A stretch of DNA of 64,000 nt, taken from positions 7,936,001-8,000,000 of the forward strand of contig NC_043022.1 of NCBI RefSeq assembly GCF_006345805.1, written 5' to 3'. Position numbers and translations under genes: made by a program. Origin of the DNA: Octopus sinensis (Eukaryota). Numbering within the stretch: position 1 is the stretch's first letter; each line of letters begins with the position of its first letter. Positions 50,433 to 63,097 of the stretch are shown in pieces. The notes under the pieces are model-generated. The model made no database searches. It saw only the letters and a program-made list of their open reading frames with translations, and had not been told where the DNA came from.

Positions 50433-50697
50433 TATACACACACACATTTTCCTTTTTATCCATTTGATGTATGCACCAATGCTGGTATGGATTAGATGGT
50501 TGGATGAGTTAGAGGACTGAATCATGCTTCATGTCCAACTGTGCCATATTCTCTGTGGCTGGATGCCCTTTTTAATACTACTACTTTTTTTCCAGTGTGC
50601 TCAATCCTTTTTTGTAACACCAGTACTAATGATAACTGTCTCATAACTTTTAAGACTAACACCCTAAAATGGTTTCTATAACTGAAGGAGAATAAAA

Positions 50698-50740
<43 letters not shown>

Positions 50741-51005
50741 ATGTTTCTAGGTTGGCAGGTGATAAGAAAAGAAGATGAGGGTGTATAGTTGACAATGGTG
50801 AAAAAGAAAGGATTAGTTGACAAGGGTTATTGAGAAAAGAGTAGGATAGGGTGTGCTGAATGAGGCAGGGTCCTTGGGCTGTCCAATGTTAAAAGAGGCG
50901 AGTATGGATAGAAAATGTGAGGGAAAGAGGATAGGAAATGAACAATAGATTAGCTGAGAGAAGAACTGTGAGAGTCATTGGGAGAAAGAGAAATGTGGGA
51001 TGGCA

Positions 51006-51240
51006 TAGAGACACATGGCATAGTGGTTAGGGTGTTGGACTTAGGGTCATGAGATTATGGTTTCGATTCCTGGACTGGGCAGTGCATTGTGTTCTTGAGC
51101 AAAACACTTCATTTCATGCTGCTCCAGTCCACTCAGCTGACAAAAATGAGTAATTCTGTGACAGACCGGGGTAACTGTCCAGGTGGGGAACTTATACACC
51201 TTAAAATCAGGAAACTGGCCCTTATGAGTCGGCATGATTT
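51006..51240 (+). mobile_element. tRNA-headed CORE-like SINE (family D)
   Basis: TGGCATAGTGGTTAGG, GGTTTCGATTCC, TTCTTGAGCAAAACACTT. Confidence 0.85.
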
Positions 51241-52821
51241 GAGAAAGTAACTTTGCTCTACTAAATGTGAGATGTCATTGGAGAAGGCTAGAAGGGGAAA
51301 AATGAAGTGTTGTGGAGGTTGAGAAACTATGGAGTGTAGGGCTGTAAGAGAAATAGCAGCAGAAAGTAAGGGGTAGTGAGTGAGTGAGTGCAAGGAGAGG
51401 TACAGTCCAGGTTGATAATACCCTGTATGTAAAATACACCTAAGTCGCACTAAAATTCTTTCAAATACCTAGAAAACAGGTCCTCAACAAGTTTATTCAA
51501 ACACGTGTGGTAATTAAAAGCAACTATTTCTACCCCTATCAAAATCCACTGGCCATTCTTAGAGAGATAAACCCATGCAAACATGGATCATTCTGCTCTT
51601 CTATAAATGTAAATTGTGTTTAACAGAAATATTTTATTCTATTTCAGGACAAATTGGCCTTTAAATAAAAATCTGAACTATTGAATAATTGTAGGCATTC
51701 TTTGAAGTTTTTGACATCAAGTCCTTTGTCACTAAATGATTAATATATATATATATATGTAACCATTTCTTGCTTCCACAGATGTTTTACTATTTTTTTA
51801 TTATTATTACTTCAAATATGTTGGCTGTATATTTTTATAATTTTTGCATTATTGAACTCACATTGATTCTTCCGACTGTCACATTTGGTCTTTATACAAT
51901 TTTATGAATGGTTTTACATTTCTTTTTTTACATGGCCTTTTATTGATTAGGTTAAGTCTCATACACATGTTAAATTATTTCATTGTATTATTATTACCAT
52001 TTGAAATTATCACTTCAGTTTTGAATTGATTGACTTTTTTCCATATCCCCACATATATATTTTCCATGTTCTTACATATTTCAAAATTGAATTTTGTCCA
52101 TTTTATTTTGATCAGTTTTTGACTCTGTATGTCTGTTTTTTGCTTTTCTTTTGTTTTCGGTTTTGTCTCCTTCACATCCTACAAATACAATCATATCTTT
52201 AAATCTCTATCTATCTAACATCTCAATTTAATGCATGCTTCCTAATGTCTCCTACTTCCACTCCTCTCCTACATTTATATGCATATATGTATTATCTAAA
52301 TCTATTAGATGCAAGCTGTCAACAGTGTTTTAAGACTTAGTTACTTCCCCCTTCCCTTTTTCTTATTTTCTGTTTGTCTTTCTTTCTTTCCTAAGCCTTG
52401 CATGGATTCCTATTCCCTCTTCATTATTAATATCTTATTTATTTGTTTATATACTTTTGACTGTATTTGCAGTGCCTTTCATCCTTTTGGGGTTGATAAA
52501 ATAAGTACCTGTTGAACATAGTGGGTCGATATTATCAATGCCGCCTCCCACCAAAAACCTTCAGGCCTTGTGCTTATGTTAGGAAGAATTATATCGTTAT
52601 TTTTGTTGTTGTTGTTGTTATCATTAAAGGCATTGAGCTGGCAGAACTGTTACCACACTGGGGAAGATGCTCAGCATCATTTCTTCCAGCTCTTTGTTTT
52701 AAGGTTAAATTCTTTTCTTCCTTTTGGGATTGATAAAATAAGTAATTGACTGGTGCTCCTGCCATCATATTTTAGGCCTTGTGCCTACAGTAGAAAAAAA
52801 TTATCATCATCATCATCATTG

Positions 52822-52852
<31 letters not shown>

Positions 52853-52860
52853 CATAATTA

Positions 52861-53493
52861 TCTTCTTTCAATTCTGTTTCCATTTCTTGCTGAGTGTCTT
52901 CCTGTCACCTAGAGCAGAGAAATGCACTGTATACATTAGTAGGCCATTAAAATACACACACCCGATTTTTCATTTACAAAGTCATGTGATAGAAAAAAAG
53001 GGGAAGAAAGACAGAGAGGAAAAGGAAAAATTTTTTTAATAAACAAAGAAAACAAAGAGGGAAAAAGGAAAGAAAATTCAGTGGCAATGCTCTTCTCAAT
53101 ATGTGTGAAGTACCAGTTAAGACAATCTTCCTCCATTGATGGTAAGCCAGGGATCATTCTTAAATGATTTTTCACTTCCTTTTTTTGATCACTCCAAGTG
53201 CTCCTACAATCACTGGTATCATAACTGTCTTGAGATGCCACATCTTTTCAATTTCGATTAGCGAATTTTTATATTTTCTGAACTCATCAAATTCTTTTGC
53301 CAAGATATTATGATCACAGGCTATGCTCATATCAATCAATAAACAGACTTTATTCTTTTGGTTTTTCACAATATCTGTTTTATTTGCATTGATGTACCAG
53401 TCTGTACATACTGGCAAGTCCCAAAAATCGTTACATTTTCTCCCTCGGTTACAGCCTCAGGGTGGTGCTTGTACCATTTGTCAGCAGTTTTGA
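52861..53493 (-). mobile_element. R4/Dong-like 3' fragment, decayed relative of 22561-23544
   Basis: LLIDMSIACDHNILAKEFDEFRKYKNSLIEIEKMWHLK; same 3' UTR; inside a TAA tract. Confidence 0.9.
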
Positions 53494-53547
53494 TAATATT
53501 ATTATTATTACTATTGCTGTTATTATCATTATTATTATTACTATTGC

Positions 53548-53577
<30 letters not shown>

Positions 53578-53578
<1 letters not shown>

Positions 53579-53975
53579 TTGGTTTGGCTCAGGTTTGGTC
53601 TTATTTCTGGTAGGAATTATGTGGATAGTGGCTTACTACCTGTAACCTTAGGTGTCCACAAGTTTTCAGCAGTCTTTCAAGTGCTTAGAACCCTCCTGAT
53701 AATCCTTGGTCTCTCTAAGAGACAAACTTTCAGTAGGAGCTCTACTGGGCATTCTATTTCAGTCTCCTTCTGCCATTTGTCTATATCTTTGCTTTCTGTT
53801 CCCAATGCACCAGTTATTACAAGCTTTACTGTTGGCATGCTCCAAATTCTTCCCATTTCAGATTTTAAGGGATTGTATTTTTGTTCTGTTATTCTTTACA
53901 ATCCTGGAATCAAATGGGCATGATGGGTCGATAAGTAAGCAACTTCGCTTTTCCTTATCTATAATTGTTATGTCT
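53578..53975 (-). mobile_element. RLE LINE 3' fragment, second subfamily
   Basis: RDITIIDKEKRSCLLIDPSCPFDSRI..VITGALG; bounded by (TAA)n. Confidence 0.8.
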
Positions 53976-54014
53976 CTATTATTATTGCTGCTGTTGTTGT
54001 TGTTGTTATTATTT

Positions 54015-54210
54015 ACTGCCTGACTGGCCCTCGTGCAGGTGGCACGAAAAAGCACCCACTACACTCTCGGAGTGGTTGGCGTTAGGAAGGGCATCCAGCT
54101 GTAGAAACTCTGCCGGATCAAGATTGGAGCCTGGTACAGCCATCTGGTTCGTCAGTCCTCAGTCAAATCGTCCAACCCATGCTAGCATGGAAAGCGTACA
54201 TTAAACGATG
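54015..54210 (+). mobile_element. SINE-like family C 3' part
   Basis: GGTTGGCGTTAGGAAGGGCATCCAGCTGTAGAAAC..ATTAAACGATG. Confidence 0.88.
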
Positions 54211-54235
54211 ATTATTATTATTATTATTATTATTA

Positions 54236-54559
54236 TTCAGTAGTTTTATTTTTATAGCGTGCTTTCACTTCACTACCGAGCGCAGCTCTGTGTGCCTTGG
54301 GTATGTGCTGTGATTTGTTCTGATGCTCTGATGGTTATTGTATGGAAAGTGTTCTGCGTAGGATGTGTGCAGTGCCTAGTAGTGCAATTTTCTGTATGTT
54401 ATATGTGTTTGTAAGTCCTGGTGTTTTTGTTATGTATTTGTCTGAATATTTTTTTATCATGCCTAATGCACCTACTATGATAGGAATTGTTTCTGTTTTC
54501 AGGTTCCACATTCTAGTTACCTCTATTTCCAGGTCTTTGTATTTTGAGAGTTTCTCCAT
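54236..54559 (-). mobile_element. RLE LINE 3' fragment, third subfamily, uninterrupted
   Basis: EKLSKYKDLEIEVTRMWNLKTETIPIIVGALGMIKK..IALLGTAHILRRTLSIQ. Confidence 0.88.
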
Positions 54560-54564
54560 TTCTT

Positions 54565-54595
<31 letters not shown>

Positions 54596-54728
54596 TTATT
54601 ATTATTATTATTATTATTATCTTATTATTATTATTATTGTAGTTGTTAGGAATTGATTATTATTATTATTATTATTTATTATTTATTATTATTATTATTA
54701 TTACTATTATTATTTATTATCATTATTA

Positions 54729-54779
<51 letters not shown>

Positions 54780-55149
54780 TATTATTATTATTATTATCTT
54801 ATTATTATTATTATTATTGTAGTTGTTAGGAATTGATTATTAATATGAGTATTGTTATTCAAGATGGTGAGCTAGCAGAATTGTTACTGTGCCAGACAAA
54901 ATGCTTACCATCATTTCTTTTGACTTTATGCTCTGAGTCCTAAATCCTCTGAGGCTGGACTTTACCTTTCATCCTTTCAAGGTCAATAAAAATAAGTACC
55001 TGTTGAGCACTGGTGTCGATGTAGTTGACTTAAAACCCCTTTCCCTGAAATTGCTGATCTTGTGCCAAAACTTGAAACCATTACATTGTTTTATTATTAT
55101 TACTATTATCGTTCAACAATATCATTTATCATTATCATTATTATAATTG

Positions 55150-55590
55150 TTCAGGCAAATTTCTTCTGCATCACCTGCTACACTTCCATATTACTGGGAT
55201 GTGTGCAGCATTGTGTGTTCTTTTCTATTGTTGGGAGTGTGCAAACTCTTCCTGGTATTGTATTGCATAAGTTTTTATTTTCTCTTGAGGAGTGGTGTAG
55301 TCTTTTATTCCATTGCTGCTTGTATTGTGTGTTGAGTGTGTAATGCATTATCTAGCGTGCAGGAGGAAGTTTATTTCACTGGATAATTGCTGTATAGAGT
55401 GTGTCTTGTATTTGTGGGTTGTTTTGTTTCAGTTGTCTTGTGTAGGATGTAGATGTTCTTAGCAGGGCTATTTTTTGGATAGTGTGCAGTATTGAGGATC
55501 CAGGTATAGCTTCTGTTTTTGTTCATATGTTTTTTATCATGCCCAATGCTCCAATTATTATCGATATTGTTTTCACCTTACTGGTAATGT
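55150..55590 (-). mobile_element. RLE LINE 3' fragment, decayed
   Basis: VKTISIIIGALGMIKKHMNK..KIALL plus a long 3' UTR. Confidence 0.65.
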
Positions 55591-55689
55591 TTTCCCCATC
55601 ATTGGTATTGTTTTCACCTTTATTTATTATCATAATTATTGCTGTTGTTGTTATTGTTATTTGGAGTTATTATGAGTATTGTTATTTAA

Positions 55690-55919
55690 GGTGGTGAGCT
55701 GGTAGAATTGTTAGCATGCCGGTCAAAATGCTTAGCGGTATTTCGTCAGTCTTTACGTTGTGAGTTCAAATTCCGCCGAGGTCGACTTTGCCTTTCATCC
55801 TTTCGGGGTCGATAAATTAAGTACCAGTTATGCACTGGGGTCGATGTAATCAACTTAATCTGTTTGTCTGTCCTTGTTTGTCCCCTCTATGTTTAGCCCC
55901 TTGTGGGTAATAAAGAAAC
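55690..55919 (+). mobile_element. Near-consensus SINE family B copy
   Basis: GGTGGTGAGCTGGTAGAA..GAGTTCAAATTCCGCCGAGGTCGACTTTGCCTTTCATCCTTTCGGGGTCGATAAATTAAGTACCAG; CpGs retained. Confidence 0.92.
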
Positions 55920-56344
55920 AGGTATTTCATCTGCTGTAACATTCTGAGTTCAAATTCCGGCAATGTCATATTTGCTTTTCATCCTTTTGGAGTCAATTAA
56001 ATAAATGCCAGTTACGCATTGGGCTCGATGTAATTGACATAATCCCTTCCCCCAAATTTTAGGCCTTGTGCTTCCAGTTGAAAGAACTGTTAGCAAGTCA
56101 GGCAAAATAATTAGAACCAGTTAAGCATTGGGGTCGATCTAAGCAACTTATCCTCATCCCTGAAATTGCTGGCCTTGTGTAAAACATTGAAACCAATAAG
56201 AGTATTTGGTGTTCATAATGGCATGTCCATATTATCATTTTAGTTTCATTACCCTTGAGGCTAATACTTTAGTGTTGTTAACCATAATGATAATATTTAT
56301 AGTAGCCTTGTTCCTGTACTGTTATTATTATTATAAGATTGTTG

Positions 56345-56532
56345 TAGAGCTGAAAACGAGGCAATTTCTACTCTTCTCCTCTGGAAGCCATCTACTCACA
56401 ATACCAGAGGTAATCTCCAGGGATACAGGCATCTAGCAACAAGGCCTCCGTAATGCTATGATGGACCGTGAAGTCTGGCGTAGCATGGTAAATTCCATTG
56501 TCTCGACCATGGTCGAACAATGATGATGATGA
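56345..56532 (+). mobile_element. RTE LINE 3' end with (TGA)n tail
   Basis: LLLWKPS..LRNAMMDREVWRSMV matches the RTE 'AMxDRxxWR' terminus. Confidence 0.75.
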
Positions 56533-56918
56533 TTATTATAAGGTGGCAACATGGCAGAAACACTGGAACATCAGAAAAAATGCATTGTGATATTTCTTTT
56601 GAGTTTCAAGACTCTGAGTTCAAATTCTGCTGTTCGTACCTAGTTTCCTTAGAGATTGCAGAATTATTGATTGTGGTACTCTGTTAAATGCCAAATACAC
56701 ACACACACAAGCTCTTATTTCTAGCAATGTAGGTGTTTTTTAACACCCTAATCACATTTGGTGGCTAGTTTCCTAGCCACCCTTTGCCACTGAAATATAT
56801 ATTGGACAGTTTATCTATATATTGCTGAACTTTCTCTCAATATATTTGATAACACCAGTTGATATCTAGAATTTAAAAAAAAATCCCTTACGAAGAAATT
56901 ACATCCTCCAGTATTTGA

Positions 56919-56965
<47 letters not shown>

Positions 56966-56996
56966 CATGCATGTAATATATAATATATAAATATAT

Positions 56997-57162
56997 AGGT
57001 GCAGGTGTGGCTGTGTGGTAAGAAGTTTGTTTTCCATCTACATGGTCCCAGGTTCAGTCTCACTGTGTGGCACCTTGGGCAAGTGTCATCTACTATAGCT
57101 TCAGGCTGACCAAAGCCTTGTGAGTGGATTTGGTAGACGGAAACTGAAAGAAACTTGTCGTG

Positions 57163-57165
<3 letters not shown>
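56997..57165 (+). mobile_element. SINE family A 5' half
   Basis: GCAGGTGTGGCTGTGTGGTAAGAAG..CACCTTGGGCAAGTGTC. Confidence 0.88.
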
Positions 57166-57195
<30 letters not shown>

Positions 57196-57722
57196 GTATC
57201 TATGTGTGTGTGTTTATCTTTGTGTAAAAGAACTAAAGAATATATATATACATACATATATATATAGATATTTACACACATATATACATGTGCATTTGTA
57301 TATAGTAATTTATACAGCTCACTCTCTCTCTGTATATATATCATCAATATATATACAAAAAGTAAAGAACCCCTTCGGTCATGAATGACCATGGGATTGC
57401 ACTTAGAAAGTTTCCCTCTTAATAATGTTTCCAGACAACATTATTCATGGAAGATCAGCAGTCATCCATACATACCTGCCTCCCCTCTCCATACCACTGA
57501 TGTTATCCAAGGGGCCAATACAGCTTGGCACCAGTGACATCACAACTCATTTCTACGGCCTAGTGAGCTGGTGCAACGTGAAATAAAGTGTCTTGCTCAA
57601 GAAAGCAACACAGCCCAGTCTAGGAATTGAACTCACGGCCTCATGATTGTGAGCTCAATGCTCTAACCACTGAGCCATACACCTTCACACATAAATATGT
57701 ATATTTGTATAGTAACTATATA

Positions 57723-58483
57723 CAGGGTGCTCTGAATATATTGTCATCTAAATTACACAAAAATGAAAATATCACTGGCATCTCATTTTAACAGATATAT
57801 TTACCAAAATTACATAAAAATATCTTGAAATACTAAAGAGCAAATTTATTCAATAAAATCGCCATTGGCTTCAACCACAGCCTCCAAACGACTTCAGAAT
57901 CTCCTGCAACTCTTCTGGATGGTCTCCTTGTTTAAGTTAGTGAATGCTGCCATAATCCTTGCCTTCAGTTCATCTTTGGTGTTACAAGGCGTTTTGTTGA
58001 TCTCTTGCTCAAGTGCACCTCACACATAATAATCAAGGGGGTTGCAGTCTGGGGATTTAAGTGGCCAGATGTTAGGGGTAATGTGGTTGCAGAAATTGTC
58101 TGACAGCTATGACTGGGTTCTCTTGTTTGTGTGGCGTGGTGCAGAGTCCTGTTGCCAGACATAGGGTCTTCCAGTAGTCATCCTCTTGACCGAGGGCAGC
58201 ACTTCCTCTTCCAGGTACTTGTAGGACCCTGTGTTGAGTCTGAGGCTGTGTGGGAAGCAGAATGGAAGCCCCCAAACACTCTGAAATGTTCATATTGGAG
58301 CTCCTGGCATGAATGCCTAGCAGTACAGCATGTTGCTTCCAAATTGTGTCATGGTGCTATTTTTTTCACAGACAGTGCCTAACTGACCCTACCATACTGT
58401 GTAGTCGAAAAATTCAAAAACAAATAATTTGCATGCACAAAATGAAAAATATAAGATGGCGACAATTTACCTGTCACACCCTG
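57723..58483 (-). mobile_element. Internally deleted DD37D/maT-like transposon
   Basis: TA on both sides, CAGGGTG ends; minus frame contains PDCNPLDYYV-GALEQEINKTPCNTKDELKARIMAAFTNLNKETIQK. Confidence 0.85.
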
Positions 58484-58518
<35 letters not shown>

Positions 58519-59202
58519 ATATATATGTATATATATGTATATATATTTATGTGCATGTGTGTGTATATGTATGGATGTGTTTATGTATGTATATGTAAAA
58601 GATATTGCAAAAAGTTTGAAAATGCATTAAATTTTTATACACATATATATTTTTGGTTTAATTTAAACAATTTTTACTTTATAACATAAGAGGAAAATAG
58701 TTTTATTCTATATATATATATATATGAAAATAAAAATATAAAAATACGTTTTTATATAACAAATGTTTGCATATTATAGTTTTACTGAAAATATATTGGT
58801 CTACATATTCAAAAGGTAAGTTCGGCATATATAACATAGGTAAAAAAAGAGAGAAGGAAAAAGAAAGGATTACAGGTGATTTTGAGCCTTTTGCATAAAA
58901 TAAGGTTTTAATGTATATATTTTTGTATGTGCACCAAACTCATGCACATCATTACTTGTCGATGCAATCGCTGATTCACAAGCACACGTAGACGGACTTG
59001 TAGATTTATTTTCAAGAAACAAGTCTAGAGTTGTTTGCTAAGGAGAAGCTTTTATCGCTCTTGGTAGCATGCAGAAGCATTTGTTATGGTAGTTGAAACT
59101 CTTGCCCTTTGTTCAAAACTTAGATTTGTGCTTAAAAAATAAAACTCGTAAACCTGGAGCATCTCATATACCAGGTCCTCGTAAAATGAGGTATTACTGT
59201 AT

Positions 59203-59233
<31 letters not shown>

Positions 59234-59249
59234 ATATATATATATATAC

Positions 59250-59491
59250 TCAAAATAAGCAACAAGAATATCTTCGGTAATTTGGTACGATCGTTTCACG
59301 CTACATCATTTTATTAAACATTGTAAGTATTAACATGGAAATAAGTATATGTATTGATGGAAAACTTCTATAAATGGCTGATGATTGCTCAACATTTTAA
59401 AACTGTTGTAATACTTACAATGTTTAATAAAATGATGTAGCGTGAAACGATCGTACCAAATTACCGAGGATATTCTTGTTGCTTATTTTGA
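59250..59491 (+). mobile_element. Fold-back element (83-bp arms, 1 mismatch) overlapping a hammerhead motif
   Basis: 59250-59332 is inverted at 59409-59491; CTGATGA 59378-84, GAAA 59444-47, palindromic ACGATCGT, GUA triplet with cleavage after 59455. Confidence 0.7.
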
Positions 59492-59914
59492 TTATAATCC
59501 CCCCATGGATTTATATGGATAACACCGTACAATATTCTGGTGCATCTGACTTAAGTACCATATTCATTTGAATCTAAATTTTGCTGAACTTATATATATA
59601 TGAGAGAGAGAGAAAGAAAGTGAGAGTGTGGTAGATGCCTGTCTGTGTGGAAGTAGGTATATGTCCATGTGTGTCAGCGTAGTGCCTAACTGAACCACTT
59701 TATTATAATAGTTGACTTGGCTCTTTGATAAAATAGAGGTCAGTGAATAAGTTGAAAAGTGAAATAAACACTGGAATTAATATAATCACTTAAGATCTTA
59801 AAAAACTTTGCCCTAACAAAGTAGCTCTGTGATTTTACCCTTTTGAGATGAATTGGCCTACAGATGCCCTTTGCTTCTATGAAAGAAACATCCTGTTTTT
59901 ATAAGGACAAAGTT

Positions 59915-60339
59915 GGGATCTTTTCAGTTTGAACGGCAGTTTTTTAAAATAATTTCCACGTAACTGAACACTTTTAAACTTCGTATACTGGTAGAATGTG
60001 TTTATAAAATATCTTTTTCTCTTGGCTTTATCGAGAAAAACTATAGTTTGTAAGATATTTGTTGTTTTTTTTCTTCAATTTCAACCAATCAATGACGTCT
60101 ATTGAGGTAAAAAACATTCTGTGCCGTATGAATATGTCCCCCGTTTAAGAAACAGATTGGGTTTATTTACATTTGTGAAAAAAAAAGATACCCTTCTCCC
60201 CACCCCTAGCCCTAATCCTAACTAACCCTAACCCTAAAACAGATTGAAATGCAATAGATCAATACTAGGGTCATAATTATGGGTGACAATTTCATATGAC
60301 ACCGCTAGAAAAAACTGCCATTCAAATCGAAAAGATCCC
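59915..60339. mobile_element. MITE with ~30-bp TIRs, 6-bp TSD and internal telomere-like repeats
   Basis: GGGATCTTTTCAGTTTGAACGGCAGTTTTT / AAAAACTGCCATTCAAATCGAAAAGATCCC; AAAGTT at 59909-14 and 60340-45; CCCTAA-like run near 60200-60235. Confidence 0.85.
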
Positions 60340-60964
60340 AAAGTTGTTTCACTTTATTCTTCATTGCTTTCAAAATTAATTTAAACCAAGTATAGTAACA
60401 AGTGTGATAAAGTGAAATTTCATTTTAATTCATGCTCTAAACATTATCTTAATTTAGACAAAGTTGTTTTACTAAATTCTTCATTAATTTCAAAATTTAC
60501 TGAAACAAAGGCATCATTTCCCAGCAGAAATATATTAACAAAAGGGTTAAATCTGTTAAAGAGTAAAATATAAATGAATACACGAATAATGTTTTTTTTT
60601 TTATATAATTGCAGACCTCATCTCCAAGAACAATTTCACATAAGAGCATATATATATATATATATAATACATATAACAAAAAAAAAAAAAAAAATGCATC
60701 AGACTATCTTTTTTCTATGTATTTCTAGACTGATCAGTTAGTATATACATAAGTCATATTTGAATGTAACAATTGTCTATGTTTGTTGTGAGAGAATTTG
60801 TATATAAATCAATAATAGAACTTAGTCTTCTATATATTAGGAGCTGGCCAGAACAACAACAGCATATTTTTACACTATACATGATGAAGATACAAATAAA
60901 CGCCCCCTGCCCCAGGGAAAAACCCAGGGAACAAAGAATTACTAAAAAATTATATGAGTATATA

Positions 60965-61178
60965 TGAGGGGTGCTGAAAAGTTCCTGGCTTTGAGTAAAA
61001 TAAAATACATAAAGATCTGTTAATTATGATTTCATGCAACATATTCCTCTCTCAGATTCACATACTTATTGCAGCAGTCCTTCAATTTTTCTAGGCACTG
61101 TAAAAGAACTTGGAAGGTTGAGCTTCTAAGTAGGCCTTTCGTGGTACCCTTAAAGCCAGGAATTTTACAGCACCTTCT

Positions 61179-61180
<2 letters not shown>
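60965..61180. mobile_element. mariner-type MITE (216 bp)
   Basis: TA on both sides; GAGGGGTGCTGAAAAGTTCCTGGCTTT / AAAGCCAGGAATTTTACAGCACCTTCTTG. Confidence 0.85.
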
Positions 61181-61234
<54 letters not shown>

Positions 61235-61237
61235 ATA

Positions 61238-61780
61238 TTGGGTTGTCCAGAAAGTTCGTGTTGGTTTTTAAAGGAAAGAAAAAGGTCAATAAATACTTGC
61301 CATTTCATTTTTAATCAACCAAATATGAACCATTTGTTGCTCAATGTGTCTTCATCTTTCCTTTAACTTGAAAATACCCACTTCCAAGAATTGAGGTGGT
61401 TTCATGGCAAAGAATTCATCAAGGTATCTTTTTACGTCATCCAAAGAATTGAAATTTTTACCATTAAGAGACTTGAATAAGTGGAAATCCGAAGGAGCAA
61501 TATCTAGTGAATATGGAGGGTGGGGTAACACATCCCAGCCAAGCTGCAGCAATTTTTGTCTGGTTCCCAAAGCATCAGGTACCGAAAATGAACATTCTTA
61601 TCTTCCATTTTAAAAGATCACAGAATTAACACAGGTTATAGGAACATAAACCTTCTTCCACAAAAAGATAGCTTAATGAAAGTGTAGCTCTAAATGGAGG
61701 TGTAGTCAAATCCTATTTTATGGAAGATAAGTCGAACAGTAAGCTACTATAAATTGGCACAAACTTTCCGGACAACCCAA
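61238..61780 (-). mobile_element. Internally deleted Hsmar1-like mariner (543 bp)
   Basis: TIRs TTGGGTTGTCCAGAAAGTT / AACTTTCCGGACAACCCAA with TA; LQLGWDVLPHPPYSLDIAPSDFHLF. Confidence 0.9.
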
Positions 61781-61904
61781 TATATATATATTCTTGTTAA
61801 AGAAGAATACACATCTGAGAAGTGATATAAGAAATGCCATCTCTAAATTAGATGCAGGAAGTTTATTTACACATGACCCTGTGAGAAAATTTATAGAAAA
61901 CTTT

Positions 61905-62300
61905 TATCTTTTACTTGTTTCAGTCATAAGACTGGCCATACAGGGGCACTGACTTGCAGAATTTTAGCAGAATGAATCAACCCCAATACTTATTTTTTTT
62001 GTTTTTAAGCCTGATATTTATTCTGTCAGTCTCTCTTTCCAAACTACTAAGTTACGGGGATGTAAACACACCAACACAGGTTGTCAAGTGCTGGTGGAGG
62101 AACAAACACAGACGCACATGCATAGGTATATATACATGTATGTGACAGGCTTCTTTCAGTTTCTGTCTACCAAATCTGTTCACAAAGCTTTAGTCGTCCT
62201 GAGGCTATGGTAGAAGACACTTGCTCTAGGTGCTACACAGTGGGACTGAGCTCAGACCCATTTGGTTGGAAAGCAAACTTCTTATCACACAGCCATGCCT
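61905..62300 (-). mobile_element. SINE family A copy (decayed)
   Basis: Collinear with 42851-43270. Confidence 0.8.
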
Positions 62301-62359
62301 GTGACTATTATAAATAATGTATGTATATATTTTCTTCTTATTAGTCCATCGCAGTGTTC

Positions 62360-62784
62360 AAGTACAACAATTTTGAGTGGAGTGGGGACATGTCAATTAC
62401 ATTGGGCCCAGTACTTGGTTGGTACTTTATTTTATTGGCCCTGAAAGGATGAAAGGTAAAGTTGACTTTAGTGGTATTTGAACCCAGAATGTAGAGAGCC
62501 AGAAAAAATGCCATTAAGTATTTTATGCAATGTACCAACGGTTCTACCAGTTTACCACTGTCAAATAATGTATATTAGCACCTAAAAATAAAGCCACCTA
62601 TGATACCAGCAAATTTGTACTTTGATAGTGCTCAACTGGTACTTGTTTTATTGAAACCAAAATGATGAAAAACAAAGTCGACCTTGGTGGAATTTGAACT
62701 CGGAACATAAAGATAGATGAAATACTGCTAAGCATTTTGCCCAGTATTCTAACAATTCTACCAGCTCACCTCCTCAACAACAAC

Positions 62785-62817
<33 letters not shown>

Positions 62818-63061
62818 CCTTTCTACTAAAGGCACAAGGCCTGAAATTTTGTGGGAGGGGACTGGCCAATGACATCGACCCCAGTGTTTCACTGGTACTT
62901 AATTTATTGATCCTGAAAGGATGAAAGGCTAAGTTGACCTCAGCAGTATTTGAACTCAAAATGTAAAGATGATAAGATGCCACTAAGCATTTTGGCTAGC
63001 ATACAAATGATTCTGTCAGCACACCATTCTAAAAGAGATGGGTGAGATTGCAGCAGTGGTT

Positions 63062-63097
<36 letters not shown>

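Noticed and set aside
60200-60235. Interstitial telomere or fusion site
   Set aside because: Only a few imperfect CCCTAA units, internal to a TIR-bounded MITE.
60841-60957. Plus-strand open frame ELARTTTAYFYTIHDEDTNKRPLPREK after an AG
   Set aside because: Weak donor, abuts a MITE and has no recognisable homology.
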